From Allobaculum fili (GTDB taxonomy: Bacteria > Bacillota_I > Bacilli_A > Erysipelotrichales > Erysipelotrichaceae): a stretch of 32,000 nucleotides of DNA. The stretch lies in assembly GCF_020969955.1 (NCBI RefSeq), contig NZ_JAHDSX010000003.1, positions 30,001 through 62,000 on the forward strand. Direction: 5' to 3'. The notes beneath the pieces are model-generated. The model saw nothing but the letters and a program-made list of their open reading frames with translations, did no database searches and had not been told where the DNA came from. A program made the translations under genes and the position numbers. Shown one piece after another: positions 23,124-31,833 of the stretch (the stretch's first letter is position 1; every line of letters begins with the position of its first letter).

Positions 23124-24227
23124 TCAGAATTCGGCAGTTCCATCGTCCGCCCGATTCAGCATAAGCACATCGTGGTGGTATTTCTTTAAAAACTCGATCC
23201 GTTCCGTTTCCGTTTCAAAAACGAAAATACGGCCGGTTTTATAGTTGCTTTTTGGATGATGATAGTCCGCCGCGTCCTGAAATGTCCCGCGGATGAAAAT
23301 CGGGCGGTTTCCAGATTCTTTATCCAGAATGGTAAATCGATGAATTCCATCTTTTTTCCCTGGTTCGATCTCCATGTCCCCGAAAACGCCTTTGGTGGAT
23401 TTTGAAGCCGAAAAGATTCCGACCAGTTCCCGGTCCTGACAAAGATACGTTCCCTGCCACCGGGTAATATCCCACTGGCTGAGTTCAATCGTTCCATCCG
23501 CTGGGTTATAGCTTACCTTATGATTTTCCGCATTGGCAATGATCTCTCCCGGCTGCTCCCCTCGTAAAAAAGTAACCGTTCCCAGTCGGAGATATCCCTT
23601 CGCCACTTCGCTCATATGGACCTGATAGTAAGGGCGTCCAAATTCAAGCTCATAATAACTGTCCACAGGCATTCCCCGGATCCAGCCGCTCACCTGACTG
23701 GTATTGCGATTGACAAAGTTGCGGCAGCTTCGGATCAGCTTGTACGGATCGGTTGCCGGCACAGGCGAATGAATGGAACAGACGAACTTCAGCTGATCGC
23801 GGATATCGTTCACGGACTGGTGAGGATCGAGAGCCTGAAGTTCTTCAACCGGCATGTCCGCGTTTTGCAAATACAGATCTCTGGCCCGCACCAGCTCCGG
23901 TGTCAGGCCTACCCAGACTTTAATGCCCTTGTTTGTGGACGTTTTAACGGTCTGGCAGTATTCGTATTCTTTCTGGGTCCAGCTTTTTCCTGTATCGTCG
24001 CGGGATCCATACCGCAGCGAAAGAATCATGAGAAAAAAGTCGGAACTCTCAATCATTCTCCGGATATCCGCAAAGCCCTCATCCGCATCCACCGCAAAAT
24101 GTTCCATCGCAAACGGGAATACGCTGTAGTCAATCAGTTCATCGAGAATGCTTTTGCGAATATCTTCAAGATCGCTGGTGGAAGACAGAAAGGCTGTATA
24201 GATCGACTCGCGGTTATTCATGCTCAT
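23124..24227 (-). CDS. DUF4062 (TIR-like fold) N-terminal domain protein with an unknown beta-rich C-terminal domain (367 aa)
   Basis: RBS AAGGAGGG. The N-terminus AFLSSTSDLEDIRKSILDELIDY..FPFAMEHF.......IRRMIESSDFFLMILSLRYGS....GKSWTQKEYEY matches my recollection of the DUF4062 pattern (F.SST..DL..ER......l...G..p..mE.F.........C...i..cD.yi.i.g.RYG......SyTe.Eye.A). I did not recognise the C-terminal ~200 aa. Confidence 0.65.
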   Translation of the reverse strand: MSMNNRESIYTAFLSSTSDLEDIRKSILDELIDYSVFPFAMEHFAVDADEGFADIRRMIESSDFFLMILSLRYGSRDDTGKSWTQKEYEYCQTVKTSTNKGIKVWVGLTPELVRARDLYLQNADMPVEELQALDPHQSVNDIRDQLKFVCSIHSPVPATDPYKLIRSCRNFVNRNTSQVSGWIRGMPVDSYYELEFGRPYYQVHMSEVAKGYLRLGTVTFLRGEQPGEIIANAENHKVSYNPADGTIELSQWDITRWQGTYLCQDRELVGIFSASKSTKGVFGDMEIEPGKKDGIHRFTILDKESGNRPIFIRGTFQDAADYHHPKSNYKTGRIFVFETETERIEFLKKYHHDVLMLNRADDGTAEF

Positions 24228-24325
24228 CCCTCCTTTTCTGTAACGGGTAAAGAGAAGCTGTCCCTTTCTGGAAACGCAGCTCCTGTTCCCGTTTTTTCTT
24301 CAATAAAGCCGCATCGATGATTTTT

Positions 24326-26917
24326 CTACTTTCGTGTTGTGTATCTGGAATTGCCTTCCATCACAGCCTGACGCGTCCTTTCTTTCAGTTTTTCAAAGGC
24401 AAGCTGGCGGCCTGGGCTGGATGGGACCGGATCCTTGAGGAAGAACCGGCCAATTTTCTGACAGAGCGTAACGTCGAAACAGGGCAGGTCATTTACCTTA
24501 TAGTCCTTTTCCGGATACTGGCTTAACGTCGGACGATTTCCCTGTTCATCCTGTAGCGGATTGGCTTGCAGGGTTGCTTCACTCACCTCATCGAGACGGT
24601 CCGCTTCCAGACTCATTCCATACTCCTCGCGCAGAAAGAAAGGCAGGGACAGTTCTGGAGTCGTTTCCACTAAGCAGACGTGCCGCATGAGATGGCCGTC
24701 TTTGGACTGATTTTTAAACTGGTCGATCTCGTTTCGTTCGATCACGGGCATGTACGAATAGCCTGATACGCGGGTGGCGGCATTCCATCGCCGCTTTTCC
24801 ATCCACGTCAGATCCGAAATCACCGATGGAATTTCAAAATAGCCTGGATCCACGTCCTGGACGCTCTCGATCCGGCTGAAGGCGTTCATATTCCGGGCTG
24901 GACTGGATGAGGCTAAAGAACAGGAATCGTTCAAAGTGCCTGGCTCGATCACCGCCGACTGAATCAGCCCCAGATCAAAGAGCTTGTATTCCGCATGGGA
25001 TGCTCTCGACCAGTTCGACCAGTTGCCGTAATCTTTTTTCAAAAAATTCGGGGCTCCCTTTTTCTTCGCTTTTTTGGAGGCGGAAGAAGTGGTCCGCTTG
25101 CGGTGTCGAGTTTCGGCCGGTTTCTCCTCGGCATAGCCATGAATCACGTCGTAGCGGAAATTGGATTCCACGGACGTTTCGAGAATGCTCATCTGCAGCG
25201 CCGCTTCGAGGCTGAAGCGCGCCTGATCAAATCCATAAGGAATGACAATGGGCACGTATCGTTCGGTGGAACCCAGAGCTTCTTCTTCGATTCCATTTTC
25301 CGGGGTTTGCAAAGTCAGCGGCAGCGGTGTCTGCATAGAAGGAAGCAGCGCCGAGTTCTGAAGGATCGGTACGACGAGCTGCCTGCCGATTCGTCTGGAA
25401 TCATAGTTTCTCTGGGTCAGGAAAAGTTTCATTCTTTGCGCCATTTCCATATTTTCCGTCTGAGCGTCCTGAGCGAGAACGATATAATCCGCTCGAAGTG
25501 CCTCCTCCATCAGTCGTCTCATGTCTTCGCTCTCATCCAGACTCAGAAAATTCAGTCTGGCATAAGGGGAATTTCTTCGATTTCGCTGTGCGGATAAGAC
25601 GGGATCCGGGCAGAGCAGATCTTCGTTTTCCAGACAGGAGAGCATGAGTTCCGGATAATTCAGATGAAGTTCCTTTTCCATGCTCGACTGCGAAGGATTC
25701 ATGACCGTAACGGACAGACGGTGATTTTTCATCTGTCCTAAAACGATGGAGTGCAGAACAATGGATTTCGCCGCGGATGAAGATCCACAGACCAGCAGTT
25801 TCAATTCTCCGCTCTCGGATTCAGGCTTCTCAATCAGAGGAAGAAAGAGCGGGAGATCGCGCAGAAGATTGAATCCCATTGTCATATAGTCTTTTATTCC
25901 GTTCACCTCGAGAACCCGATCCCCGTTCTGGGCGGAGAGGTTCAGAAGATGATCAATGCGCTCCATCCATACCGGATCGTCAATGTAAATATTGACCAGC
26001 GTGCTCTCTGTGGGAAACGGAGCTTTGAGCAGCGGCTGCCGGCCAAGGGAGCGATTGAGATAATCGTGCTGAAGAACGCTCCATATTCCGGCTTTCTGGG
26101 AGCCGCTGTATTTTGTGAAGTTGGACAGAATTTCGTAGTTTTCCATGGTGTCGCCCATCAAGTAATACACCACCCGGGAAGACTTCTGCAGATGAAGAAG
26201 GCGCGGATCGGATTTCACACAGATCGCCTGAATGCTTTTCGCGCGTTCCACGAGTTCCATATTGGCTTCCGAATCACTGGTCATGTACGTGTCTGTAAAA
26301 ATCAGCAGCGGCCGCTTGCAGCTCGAAGGAAGCGGGTCATTCAAATCCAGACCGTACAGCGCACGCAGTGTCTTTTCATCCCCGCGGGCAAGGCGTCTGT
26401 GGATATCCTCCGCCATTAAAATGGTTGCCTCGCTCAGCGACGTAAACACAATTTTCGGTCGGAAGGGGTGCCCCATAATTTTCAGCACCGGGAAAAGAAT
26501 ATCCAGAGCGGTCACGACCGAACTCAGCCCGCAAATGGGAGCCGCCACATTCAATACGGCGGTCAGATCCAGCAGGATGGGCTTGATCCATGCCCAGGCT
26601 GGATAGGGACCGGACTGAATCCACCAGTCAATCGCCTGCTCTTCCATCGCAAGAAACTGACCGTAATCCGCATCAAGAGAGACAGTCTGCAGCGTATTGA
26701 TTATGGACATGGATACGTTTTCCAGTCCATTTGCATCCTGCGCGATTGCCGGACTAGGGCTGCTCAGTACAAACAGGTTTAAAAGGAAAACCGTGATGAG
26801 AATCCCGCCTGTGAACACGAAAATTCGATGAAATCGAAACTGCGTACCAAAGGCGAAAACCAGCATAAGAATAAAAATGATCAGTATCGAACCAGCCAGC
26901 ACAAGCAGACTTTGCAT
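24326..26917 (-). CDS. 863-aa membrane protein of unknown function (N-terminal TM helices, Rossmann-like central regions, degenerate RyR-like C-terminal motif)
   Basis: I prefer the ATG at 26917 (GAGGAG 7 nt upstream) over the ORF-track TTG at 26989, which has no RBS. TM helices LLVLAGSILIIFILMLVFAF and IFVFTGGILITVFLLNLFVL, plus 1-2 more. LKLLVCGSSSAAKSIVLHSIVLG resembles a dinucleotide-binding beta-alpha-beta start. LTWMEKRRWNAATRVSGYSYMP...HLMRHVCLVETTPEL loosely resembles the bacterial RyR-domain pattern (HE.W.....GW.YG....HP.LVPY.EL). The domain calls are low confidence. Confidence 0.7.
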   Translation of the reverse strand: MQSLLVLAGSILIIFILMLVFAFGTQFRFHRIFVFTGGILITVFLLNLFVLSSPSPAIAQDANGLENVSMSIINTLQTVSLDADYGQFLAMEEQAIDWWIQSGPYPAWAWIKPILLDLTAVLNVAAPICGLSSVVTALDILFPVLKIMGHPFRPKIVFTSLSEATILMAEDIHRRLARGDEKTLRALYGLDLNDPLPSSCKRPLLIFTDTYMTSDSEANMELVERAKSIQAICVKSDPRLLHLQKSSRVVYYLMGDTMENYEILSNFTKYSGSQKAGIWSVLQHDYLNRSLGRQPLLKAPFPTESTLVNIYIDDPVWMERIDHLLNLSAQNGDRVLEVNGIKDYMTMGFNLLRDLPLFLPLIEKPESESGELKLLVCGSSSAAKSIVLHSIVLGQMKNHRLSVTVMNPSQSSMEKELHLNYPELMLSCLENEDLLCPDPVLSAQRNRRNSPYARLNFLSLDESEDMRRLMEEALRADYIVLAQDAQTENMEMAQRMKLFLTQRNYDSRRIGRQLVVPILQNSALLPSMQTPLPLTLQTPENGIEEEALGSTERYVPIVIPYGFDQARFSLEAALQMSILETSVESNFRYDVIHGYAEEKPAETRHRKRTTSSASKKAKKKGAPNFLKKDYGNWSNWSRASHAEYKLFDLGLIQSAVIEPGTLNDSCSLASSSPARNMNAFSRIESVQDVDPGYFEIPSVISDLTWMEKRRWNAATRVSGYSYMPVIERNEIDQFKNQSKDGHLMRHVCLVETTPELSLPFFLREEYGMSLEADRLDEVSEATLQANPLQDEQGNRPTLSQYPEKDYKVNDLPCFDVTLCQKIGRFFLKDPVPSSPGRQLAFEKLKERTRQAVMEGNSRYTTRK

Positions 26918-27036
26918 ATTCTTTCTCCTCTTCCTGTTTTTGGAATAAATCGAGTTCCAGTATTCTTTCAGTTTACGGAGAATATTCAAAATGCGGATGC
27001 GGTTTATTATTTTCGTTGCATTTTAATCCTCTTCCG

Positions 27037-27076
27037 TAAAAAAGCGTCCCTCATTTTCTGAATGAAGGACGCTTTT
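27037..27076 (-). terminator. Rho-independent terminator after the 1538-aa gene
   Basis: Stem aaagcgtccctcatt / aatgaaggacgcttt (~14 bp, one mismatch), loop ttctg. On the minus strand it is followed by TTTTTTAC. It lies ~140 nt downstream of the stop at 27213 and separates this gene from the 863-aa gene. Confidence 0.8.
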
Positions 27077-27212
27077 CAAAAGGCAAAATGTACAGACTGT
27101 TCCCTCCTGAACGTTCATGCAGGTACGGTTCTATTGAACGGCGCACCCGTTTGAAGCGTTGGGATTTTTTTCTGGAATTGAAAGCAGACGGGCTGAATCC
27201 ATTCGATCCCGG

Positions 27213-30200
27213 TTACTGTTCGACCGCTTCTTCTTCGCTTGCATACGGAATGGGCGGGAGCGTATTGAACGGTGTCTTGCTTGTACCGAGCATCGAATCC
27301 TGCTGAATCGGATAGTTGGCGAGGTACAGGCGCATACCGATTCCATACTCATTGTCTTCCAGTTCACGGTTGCGCATATACCGTATGGCGCGTTCGATCT
27401 CGCCCATCGCGACATAGTACTGGACTTCTGTCCAGACAGCCATGCCTTCATGCAGAAGCAGGTTCGTCTCCTGGTTGTCATACCCTGGTCCTACGTTCTC
27501 GGAGTTCCAGTGCTCAAACTGCCAGGCATGGGTCATTTCATGCACAATCGTCGATTTCACATTCCAGAGCGGAGAACCATTTTCCACATAGATCACTGTC
27601 TTTCCCTTTCGCGGCGAAGCGTAGCCTACACAGCGGGGATCCATTTCCGGCGTCGGCTTGAAGTCGGTCAGGTGCTTGTTCACCTTGCGGGCGTTCACCA
27701 TATGGAATTCCAGTTTTGTTCGGAAGGTAATGTTAAAGATTTTCTCCAGTTCCGCATGCGTTTCATTGACTACACGCTTGAACTGAATCTTATTGCGTAC
27801 AGCAGTGGCCGAGCATTCCGGGCATCGCTCGCGGCCGTCTTTGAGCGTATCGTAATGACCTGGAGTAAGCTGCTGACCGCAGAAATCACAGTAATGGATA
27901 CCCGGCATGCGCGGATCATACGTCGATCCGGAATCAAAATGCGCTTTGGCGGTACGGGCATCGTGAAGACTGCTTTCTTCGAAATGCATGCCTCGCAGGT
28001 ATTCGAGCGTCGCGTCGAGCGCAAGCCAGTCTGGTACTTCCTGGGCGCCGTACTGAAGATACGGAAGAATAACAAACGGGGACTGGATTTCATCCTCTTC
28101 TTCCAGCTCTTCATCTTCCGCGAAGATCGCTGCTGGATTGGAAGGTCCTTTTACCGGTTCGGATATGGGCTGTCTGCCAGGTTCGGGTTTCGAACCGCCG
28201 CCCGTTTCCTGCGAGCCGTTTTCTTCGGGGGCGTTTTCCTCAGAATCCTCGTCCTTGCGGCCGCGTCCAAACCAGCCTCTGCGTTTTTTCTTCCGGCGGC
28301 CTTTTCCTTCTTTCGGATCCGGAGCCTTGGCCGGTTCGGGTTCTGGTTCCGGTGTAGGCGCCGGGTTCGGTTCGGGTTCTGGAGCAGCAGGCGGTTCGTG
28401 TGTTTCTACAGAAGACGTACCCGAAGACGGGTTTGCCGCTCCTTCTGGGTTTGCCTCAGTCTGCGGTGTCGGTTCGGCTTCACCAGAAACGTTTTCAGAA
28501 GCGGATGCTTTCTGCTCTTTTGAAGCAGCAGGCTGATCCGCCTGGGAAGCCTTCTCGGTCTGAACGTCAGCCGGATCGGCTGCCGGTGATGGATTCTCAG
28601 CTGGAGCAGGTGTTTGTTCGGATGAATTTGAAGAGTCTGCGCTCTCAGAAGAATTCGCTTCGTCTTTTTTCCGTCGGCCAAATCCAAAGAGCGGCATCAC
28701 GGAATAGAGCGTCGGACTGGAATCCGAAGGCCGGCTGGCCATGGATCGCAGCGATTTTTGCGAAGGCAGATAATTCTGCACCTGCGTTTCGTTCGAACCG
28801 TCTTCATCACTGACGTCGTGTGCAGCGTCTTCGCCTTCTCTGTGCGTGGTCGATGGACCTTTGGAATTCCATACGAGATAGTCAGCAATGATTTCCATAA
28901 TTCTCTGCAGATTTCTTTCTACTGTCACAAGCAGACCGAGATCGATATGAGAATCTTCCACAATATAAATCGCGTTCTTCTCCATATCTTCCTCTTCAAA
29001 AGCGACACAGGCAGAAGCCGCCCGGTTTCGATCGCGGTAAAGCGGATCGTTTAAGACGGCTTCCGGAATCTGTCCAGGAAGCGCAATCAGATATCCGGTC
29101 TCGTTTGGAAACAGAGTTCGGAAAACTTCGTTAAGCAGAACGGCAACGGTGTAGACCACTTCCGGTTTCACGTTTTCCAGCGTGATCTGCAAAAATTCCT
29201 TCTGATACAGGCGGCGAACATGGGCCGGTTTGAGCCGAACGTGCGAGGCGTGTTCAAAATCGTTGGGCGAAGGCAGATCCAGATAGCCATCGGTCCGGAC
29301 TTCAATATTCGCAAAGCCATGACGGATGACCATATCCCGGAAATGATTTTCTCCTGGCTGCATCTCGACACCGGAAATCTTATAGTCGCGCAGCTGACGG
29401 TAATACACGCGCCGCATGAAGTGATCTCCGGAACGGCGAACGATAATTTCGCTGTCATTGGAAATCGAAACGACCTGATAGTAACGGCCGTCCCACGAAA
29501 AGAACTGTCCAGGCAGCAGGACCTGATAAATCTGGCCGAGCAGCCGGTTGCCCATCGGATATTCCTTCGTTTTTTCGTTTTCAATGACGAAGTAAACCGA
29601 ACGCAGGGCGGAGTCGTATACCGAATGGAGCTGGTCGAGGTTAATGCTGTACTGGAAGCGGGTGGCCTGAATGTCCGCCCGATAGGCATTGACCTGCGTC
29701 GTGTGAATCTTGAATTTTTCCTGTCCGGTATGCTTATGGATCAGATGCTGAAGGACGTCATATGTTTTTCTGGAATGAATGCCATGGATGGCCAGCTGAT
29801 TGCTGATATAGCTTTCGTCTACCGGTTCCATGCTCATCAGCATGAGCAGCCGGATAATGAAGTTGCGCTCCGTTCGGGCGTAATCCGGAACAATCGTCGG
29901 GATCGCTTTGGAGTCAACTGTCATCATTTCGGCATTGGCCGTCATGTAATCGCGAAGCATGTAGTTTTCCGAAAGAATATTGACGAAGCCTTTCTTTTCC
30001 AGACGCGAGCTGAACAGGCGGGCGATGTCAAATGCGTTTCGAAACTCATCTTCCACGATCAGATAGCCTTTTTCCATTTCCGGCACCTGCCAGAGATGGC
30101 TTTCATAATGCATGCGCTCTTCCAGCTGGTTCTGTTCCAGACGGGTGTGCGTATATTCACAGAAACTTGGGTAATACTGCGAAACGTTCCAGCGAATATC

Positions 30201-31829
30201 GGCAATCGGCGATTTAGAAGAACTGAACCAGTAAATCTCATCTGCCCCATTCGCCAGACCTTCAAGGGCGATTTCCGTACCGACGCCAAGATAGCGGGAA
30301 ATTCCAGGAACAATGCGGTTCTGCATGCCAGGGCCGTCCACATGCCAGATCGCCCGGCAAGTGCCGGCTTCGCTGGCAGGCGGAGCAAGGACTTCAACAA
30401 GCGGCTGATGGACGAGATGGCTCAGGGCGTCGACCAGACCGTCCACACTGCGGTCGAGCGCGCAGTAAGTGAGCGGATCGCCCGAAGATTCACAGATTTC
30501 CAAAATGTTTCGCAGACCGATCTGACCTGTTCCTAAAAGATTGGAAGGTTCCAGAAGCAGAACGAACTGTACCTCTTTGAGGAAGCCGATATTGTTGTGA
30601 ATGAACGTGTGGTTATAAATGTTGTGGAACGTAATGATGCCGACGCTGATGTCGTCGCTTCTTCCCTTCTCACTGAGCTCCTCCGTCATCCACAGCTTTT
30701 TCAGGTTGGTCGTTTCCAGAAATCCGTCGGTAATCCATTCCTTGATATCCTGTGCGTCCGTACTTCGGCCGCAGATCACGAGAACCTTTTTATTTTTAAG
30801 GAGCGTGGCAATCATCGGAAGCATGAGGTAATACGTGAAGTCTCTATAAAAGGGATTCATTACGACCAGACTTTCACGGTTAAGCAGCTGTCTTGCCGCC
30901 TTCTGATAGTCCGGCTGCAGAGGAATTCCGATATCCAGCAGGGAGTTGAAATACGCAGAAGCCAGTTCATCGATTTCTGTGTTTTCGAGAGCATCTTCCT
31001 GATAGAGTCCGGTGACTTTTGCCACCGTTTTTCTTTTCTGATGATCATCGAAGCAAAGCCGGTCTCGGAACATTTTTTTAAGAGACGCACGGATCGTATC
31101 GCATTCCGCGCTGTTTTCTTCTTCGGCCAGAATTTTTCCTTCGTTTTTCTCAGGCTGCCAGCCGTTTAAAAAGGCGAAGCATTCTCCAAGAATCAGGATT
31201 CCGGCAACCGGCGTCATCATTGCGGGAATGTTCGATCCCCCAATGCCGGAATACACATACTGGGTAATGAGATAAATGAAATAGCAGAAGAAGACTGCCG
31301 CCATGATCAGAACCCGCAGATTGTAGTACCGCGGCTTGAGCACGTAGCGTTCCTGCGGATTGGTGTACTGCCGCAGGGCTCTTTCATCTTTCTCGTAAAA
31401 TTCGCCAGAAGTCAGATCAAACAGATAGGCATGGTTTTCCCAGAGGCTGACCAGTTTTCGAAACGTCAGTTTCTTGACGAGCAGCCAGAACAGAGCCAGC
31501 AAAATGTTGGACCAGACAAAGGCCCCCAGACCCGTCAGAATCGTGCCGGCCAGCCAGGCAAAGAACGCATAGAGATAGCGGCCAAGCAGAGGAATCTGGC
31601 CAACTAGATTCGCGATCCAGATCAGAATGTCGTACAGAAACTGAAGAACGGCATCGTTGTTGAACATGCCAAGGCACACAACAAGCAGACAGAGGAACGG
31701 AACAGCGAACTGATAGCAGCGCTTTTTCGGTTTTTCATGAATCAGAAACGGCGTCATGATGAAAAAGAACTGAAAGGCGAACAGAACCCAGAACAGGATA
31801 AAGGAGATAAATGCGTGGATATAATTCAT
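27213..31829 (-). CDS. 1538-aa multidomain membrane protein with C-terminal Zn-ribbon and DA1-like HExxH metallopeptidase
   Basis: RBS CAGGAGGA. Residues 1-225 hold ~7 TM helices. Residues 330-985 form a large alpha/beta region with helicase-like strand-helix patterns (KKVLVICGRSTDAQDIKEWI; VQFVLLLEPSNLL) but no Walker A. Residues ~988-1249 are a Pro/Glu/Ser-rich low-complexity linker (PEPEPNPAPTPEPEPEP, RRKKKRRGWFGRGRK). Zn-ribbon CDFCGQQL-x14-CPEC is at nt 27813-27890. HEMTH is at nt 27528-27542, followed by LHEGMAVW, which matches the DA1-like peptidase pattern (HEMMHAW...EEGICQV). Confidence 0.85.
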   Translation of the reverse strand: MNYIHAFISFILFWVLFAFQFFFIMTPFLIHEKPKKRCYQFAVPFLCLLVVCLGMFNNDAVLQFLYDILIWIANLVGQIPLLGRYLYAFFAWLAGTILTGLGAFVWSNILLALFWLLVKKLTFRKLVSLWENHAYLFDLTSGEFYEKDERALRQYTNPQERYVLKPRYYNLRVLIMAAVFFCYFIYLITQYVYSGIGGSNIPAMMTPVAGILILGECFAFLNGWQPEKNEGKILAEEENSAECDTIRASLKKMFRDRLCFDDHQKRKTVAKVTGLYQEDALENTEIDELASAYFNSLLDIGIPLQPDYQKAARQLLNRESLVVMNPFYRDFTYYLMLPMIATLLKNKKVLVICGRSTDAQDIKEWITDGFLETTNLKKLWMTEELSEKGRSDDISVGIITFHNIYNHTFIHNNIGFLKEVQFVLLLEPSNLLGTGQIGLRNILEICESSGDPLTYCALDRSVDGLVDALSHLVHQPLVEVLAPPASEAGTCRAIWHVDGPGMQNRIVPGISRYLGVGTEIALEGLANGADEIYWFSSSKSPIADIRWNVSQYYPSFCEYTHTRLEQNQLEERMHYESHLWQVPEMEKGYLIVEDEFRNAFDIARLFSSRLEKKGFVNILSENYMLRDYMTANAEMMTVDSKAIPTIVPDYARTERNFIIRLLMLMSMEPVDESYISNQLAIHGIHSRKTYDVLQHLIHKHTGQEKFKIHTTQVNAYRADIQATRFQYSINLDQLHSVYDSALRSVYFVIENEKTKEYPMGNRLLGQIYQVLLPGQFFSWDGRYYQVVSISNDSEIIVRRSGDHFMRRVYYRQLRDYKISGVEMQPGENHFRDMVIRHGFANIEVRTDGYLDLPSPNDFEHASHVRLKPAHVRRLYQKEFLQITLENVKPEVVYTVAVLLNEVFRTLFPNETGYLIALPGQIPEAVLNDPLYRDRNRAASACVAFEEEDMEKNAIYIVEDSHIDLGLLVTVERNLQRIMEIIADYLVWNSKGPSTTHREGEDAAHDVSDEDGSNETQVQNYLPSQKSLRSMASRPSDSSPTLYSVMPLFGFGRRKKDEANSSESADSSNSSEQTPAPAENPSPAADPADVQTEKASQADQPAASKEQKASASENVSGEAEPTPQTEANPEGAANPSSGTSSVETHEPPAAPEPEPNPAPTPEPEPEPAKAPDPKEGKGRRKKKRRGWFGRGRKDEDSEENAPEENGSQETGGGSKPEPGRQPISEPVKGPSNPAAIFAEDEELEEEDEIQSPFVILPYLQYGAQEVPDWLALDATLEYLRGMHFEESSLHDARTAKAHFDSGSTYDPRMPGIHYCDFCGQQLTPGHYDTLKDGRERCPECSATAVRNKIQFKRVVNETHAELEKIFNITFRTKLEFHMVNARKVNKHLTDFKPTPEMDPRCVGYASPRKGKTVIYVENGSPLWNVKSTIVHEMTHAWQFEHWNSENVGPGYDNQETNLLLHEGMAVWTEVQYYVAMGEIERAIRYMRNRELEDNEYGIGMRLYLANYPIQQDSMLGTSKTPFNTLPPIPYASEEEAVEQ

Positions 31830-31833
31830 CGGT

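Noticed and set aside
26918-26989. N-terminal extension of the 863-aa gene to the TTG at 26989 (the ORF-track 887-aa version).
   Set aside because: There is no RBS before the TTG. A strong GAGGAG lies 7 nt before the in-frame ATG at 26917, and that start places the first TM helix right after a short N-terminus.
27597-27620. Walker-A-like string ASPRKGKT in the 1538-aa protein.
   Set aside because: It lies inside the DA1-like peptidase module, ~20 residues before HEMTH. There is no Walker B or surrounding P-loop NTPase pattern, so it is most likely a coincidental match to [AG]x4GK[ST].
27159-30536. Long plus-strand ORFs (27159-28523, 454 aa; 29220-30536, 438 aa) antisense to the 1538-aa gene.
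   Set aside because: The translations are Arg/Phe-rich and repetitive, mirroring the PE-rich linker on the opposite strand. They have no RBS. The minus-strand frame carries clear TM, Zn-ribbon and HExxH features.
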